A DNA stretch of 64,000 nucleotides, taken from the IMG/VR virus record IMGVR_UViG_3300008266_000015; one strand, written 5' to 3'. Below are positions 62,257 to 64,000 of this stretch, one piece after another. Position 1 is the stretch's first letter; each line of letters starts with the position of its first letter. Origin of the DNA: a virus. The translations under genes and the position numbers were made by a program. Under the pieces are notes generated by a model that saw only the letters and a list, made by a program, of their open reading frames with translations, did not search any database and was not told the origin of the DNA.

Positions 62257-62781
62257 TTAGTTATGAGTGGGATATTGGGAGAGTAGACGGGGGAAATATG
62301 TTTTATCTTTGATTGGAAAAACATATTTATTTTCTGTTACATAATTGTGGATCTTAATAGAATCTAAAGGATAAGTTTTAAGTAAAGCAGTTTGATATTT
62401 AGATATACTGAATATGGCTAGTATTTTGCAGCTCATTCTTTTAGTACTTCCTATTATAATAGGTTGTTGTGTTTTAGGATATAATGTTATTATGGTAGAA
62501 TCTGAGCAGTATGTTTCTAATGGTTCTCCTTTTTTAAATAAAATAGTATGAGACATTTTGTCTTTATAATATAATTTTATATTCTTTACAAATTCAAACC
62601 CACGTATATCTATATTTTCAACTATTGGTTGGATTATAAAAACAGAATCATTATCCAGTACTAATGGAAAAGGCTGAGGAAGATCATTTTTGGTTTTTTT
62701 TATACTATCATCTATAGTTGTTAGATTCATAAATAATCCAAAACATATTATTACCAGAAAAGTTGAGATGGAGAATTTCAT
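62257..62781 (-). CDS. Secreted or membrane-anchored protein; only clear minus-strand gene
   Basis: 174 aa with hydrophobic N-terminus; ATATTTATA on the minus strand at 62799-62807. Confidence 0.7.
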   Translation of the reverse strand: MKFSISTFLVIICFGLFMNLTTIDDSIKKTKNDLPQPFPLVLDNDSVFIIQPIVENIDIRGFEFVKNIKLYYKDKMSHTILFKKGEPLETYCSDSTIITLYPKTQQPIIIGSTKRMSCKILAIFSISKYQTALLKTYPLDSIKIHNYVTENKYVFPIKDKTYFPRLLSQYPTHN

Positions 62782-62882
62782 GTATTGATGTGTTTAAATA
62801 TAAATATAAGATCTTTTATTTTTAACTTGGAATCCAAAAAATTATTTTATATATTATTTCCTAAATAAAAATTTTATATATT

Positions 62883-63077
62883 ATGAGAAATAGAGAATCA
62901 GTATTACGCAAACTAGATAGTTTGGAGTCTAATACTAACAAATTAGTTATGGCCTTAAATCAAGGTAACCGTGAATTATGTTATGAAGTTATTGAAGAAT
63001 TCAGATCTCAAATTGAACAACTTAAAATGTATGTTGAATCTGAACCTATTTCAGGTAGTGAATTAAATCGAATCTAA
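62883..63077 (+). CDS. Hypothetical coiled-coil protein
   Basis: 64 aa ORF behind a promoter variant at ~62827. Confidence 0.65.
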   Translation: MRNRESVLRKLDSLESNTNKLVMALNQGNRELCYEVIEEFRSQIEQLKMYVESEPISGSELNRI

Positions 63078-63093
63078 TTTAAAAATAAAAGTT

Positions 63094-63885
63094 ATGAAAT
63101 TAACAGCCGAACAAATCCAAGATAATTGGGATAAATTATTATCCAGAATTGATGCCTATATTACTGAGCCTCGTCGTTCAAATTTAAAAGCATTCTATGA
63201 AAAATACTCAGAACGTCTAATGTTGATGCCTGCTGCTCACAAGAAAGAATACCATAATGCATTCCCAGGAGGATATGTAGACCATGTTCTTCGTGTAATT
63301 GATTGTGCTCTTAAATTAAATAATATTTGGGTTGAAATGGGAGTAGATGATACTACATATACTATTGAAGAATTAGTATTTTCAGCATTAAACCATGATT
63401 TAGGTAAAATAGGAGATGAAGAAAATGAATCTTATATCCCACAAACTGATCAATGGCGTAGAGATAAATTAGGTGAAGATTATATGTTTAATACTAAAGT
63501 ACAATTTGCCTCAGTACCAGATCGTGGTTTATTTTTACTTCAATCTCATGGTATTCCTTATACATTTAATGAAATGATTGCAATCCAAACCCATGATGGA
63601 TTATATGATGAAGGTAACAAAAAATATTTAATGACATTCATGCCAGAACAAAGACCACGTACTTCATTACCATATATTGTACATCAAGCTGATTTAATGG
63701 CTGCAAGAATTGAATTTGAAAAAGAATGGTTACCAAAATTTAAAAGTAACTTGGCTCCAACAAAAAATAATTATACATTGACTGGCAAGCAGCCAGTTAA
63801 CAAAGCTTCTATTAAAACTAAAGCCTTAGGTAATATTCAAAGTGAAGGTTTAAAAAATGTAATGAATGATTTTTTTAAAGCTTAA
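63094..63885 (+). CDS. HD-domain phosphohydrolase
   Basis: YHNAFPGGYVDH, NHDLGK, HDG, HQAD. Confidence 0.88.
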   Translation: MKLTAEQIQDNWDKLLSRIDAYITEPRRSNLKAFYEKYSERLMLMPAAHKKEYHNAFPGGYVDHVLRVIDCALKLNNIWVEMGVDDTTYTIEELVFSALNHDLGKIGDEENESYIPQTDQWRRDKLGEDYMFNTKVQFASVPDRGLFLLQSHGIPYTFNEMIAIQTHDGLYDEGNKKYLMTFMPEQRPRTSLPYIVHQADLMAARIEFEKEWLPKFKSNLAPTKNNYTLTGKQPVNKASIKTKALGNIQSEGLKNVMNDFFKA

Positions 63886-64000
63886 GTTAATTTTTTAATT
63901 TTTTAACATTAAAGGTTGTGATTAAGTTCATAACCTTTTTTAATTTAACAACATGGTAACAACAATTATTATTCTTTCTCTTATTATAGTAATATTAATT

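Overview
AT-rich (roughly 30% GC by eye) segment of a large T4-like/jumbo dsDNA phage, most likely infecting Bacteroidota. Host evidence is T9SS-type cargo domains, A-rich leaders without Shine-Dalgarno sequences and a TAnnTTT-like -7 promoter element. Almost all genes are on the + strand. Layout: 1-9.7 kb replication and chaperonin core (family B DNA polymerase, putative sliding clamp, GroES/GroEL, clamp loader, Cas4-like nuclease, RHH protein); 9.7-22 kb sugar-nucleotide and glycosyltransferase cluster; 22-29.7 kb small regulatory and probable virion-internal proteins; 29.7-34.5 kb secreted PKD/T9SS-CTD proteins and a HAEG-repeat fibre; 35.4-37.7 kb structured non-coding RNAs alternating with genes; 39-59 kb hypervariable region of short ORFs, most behind a copy of a TAGGAYTAC-N12-GTATATT promoter; 59.5-64 kb further metabolic genes. 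The most unusual element is a family of six tRNA-shaped RNAs with the same acceptor stem and a near-identical T-arm but unrelated D/anticodon regions, five of which punctuate a gene/ncRNA array. Also notable are several unnamed structured RNAs and two origin-like loci sharing a motif with the leader of the RHH gene. All calls are from motif recognition; no searches were run.
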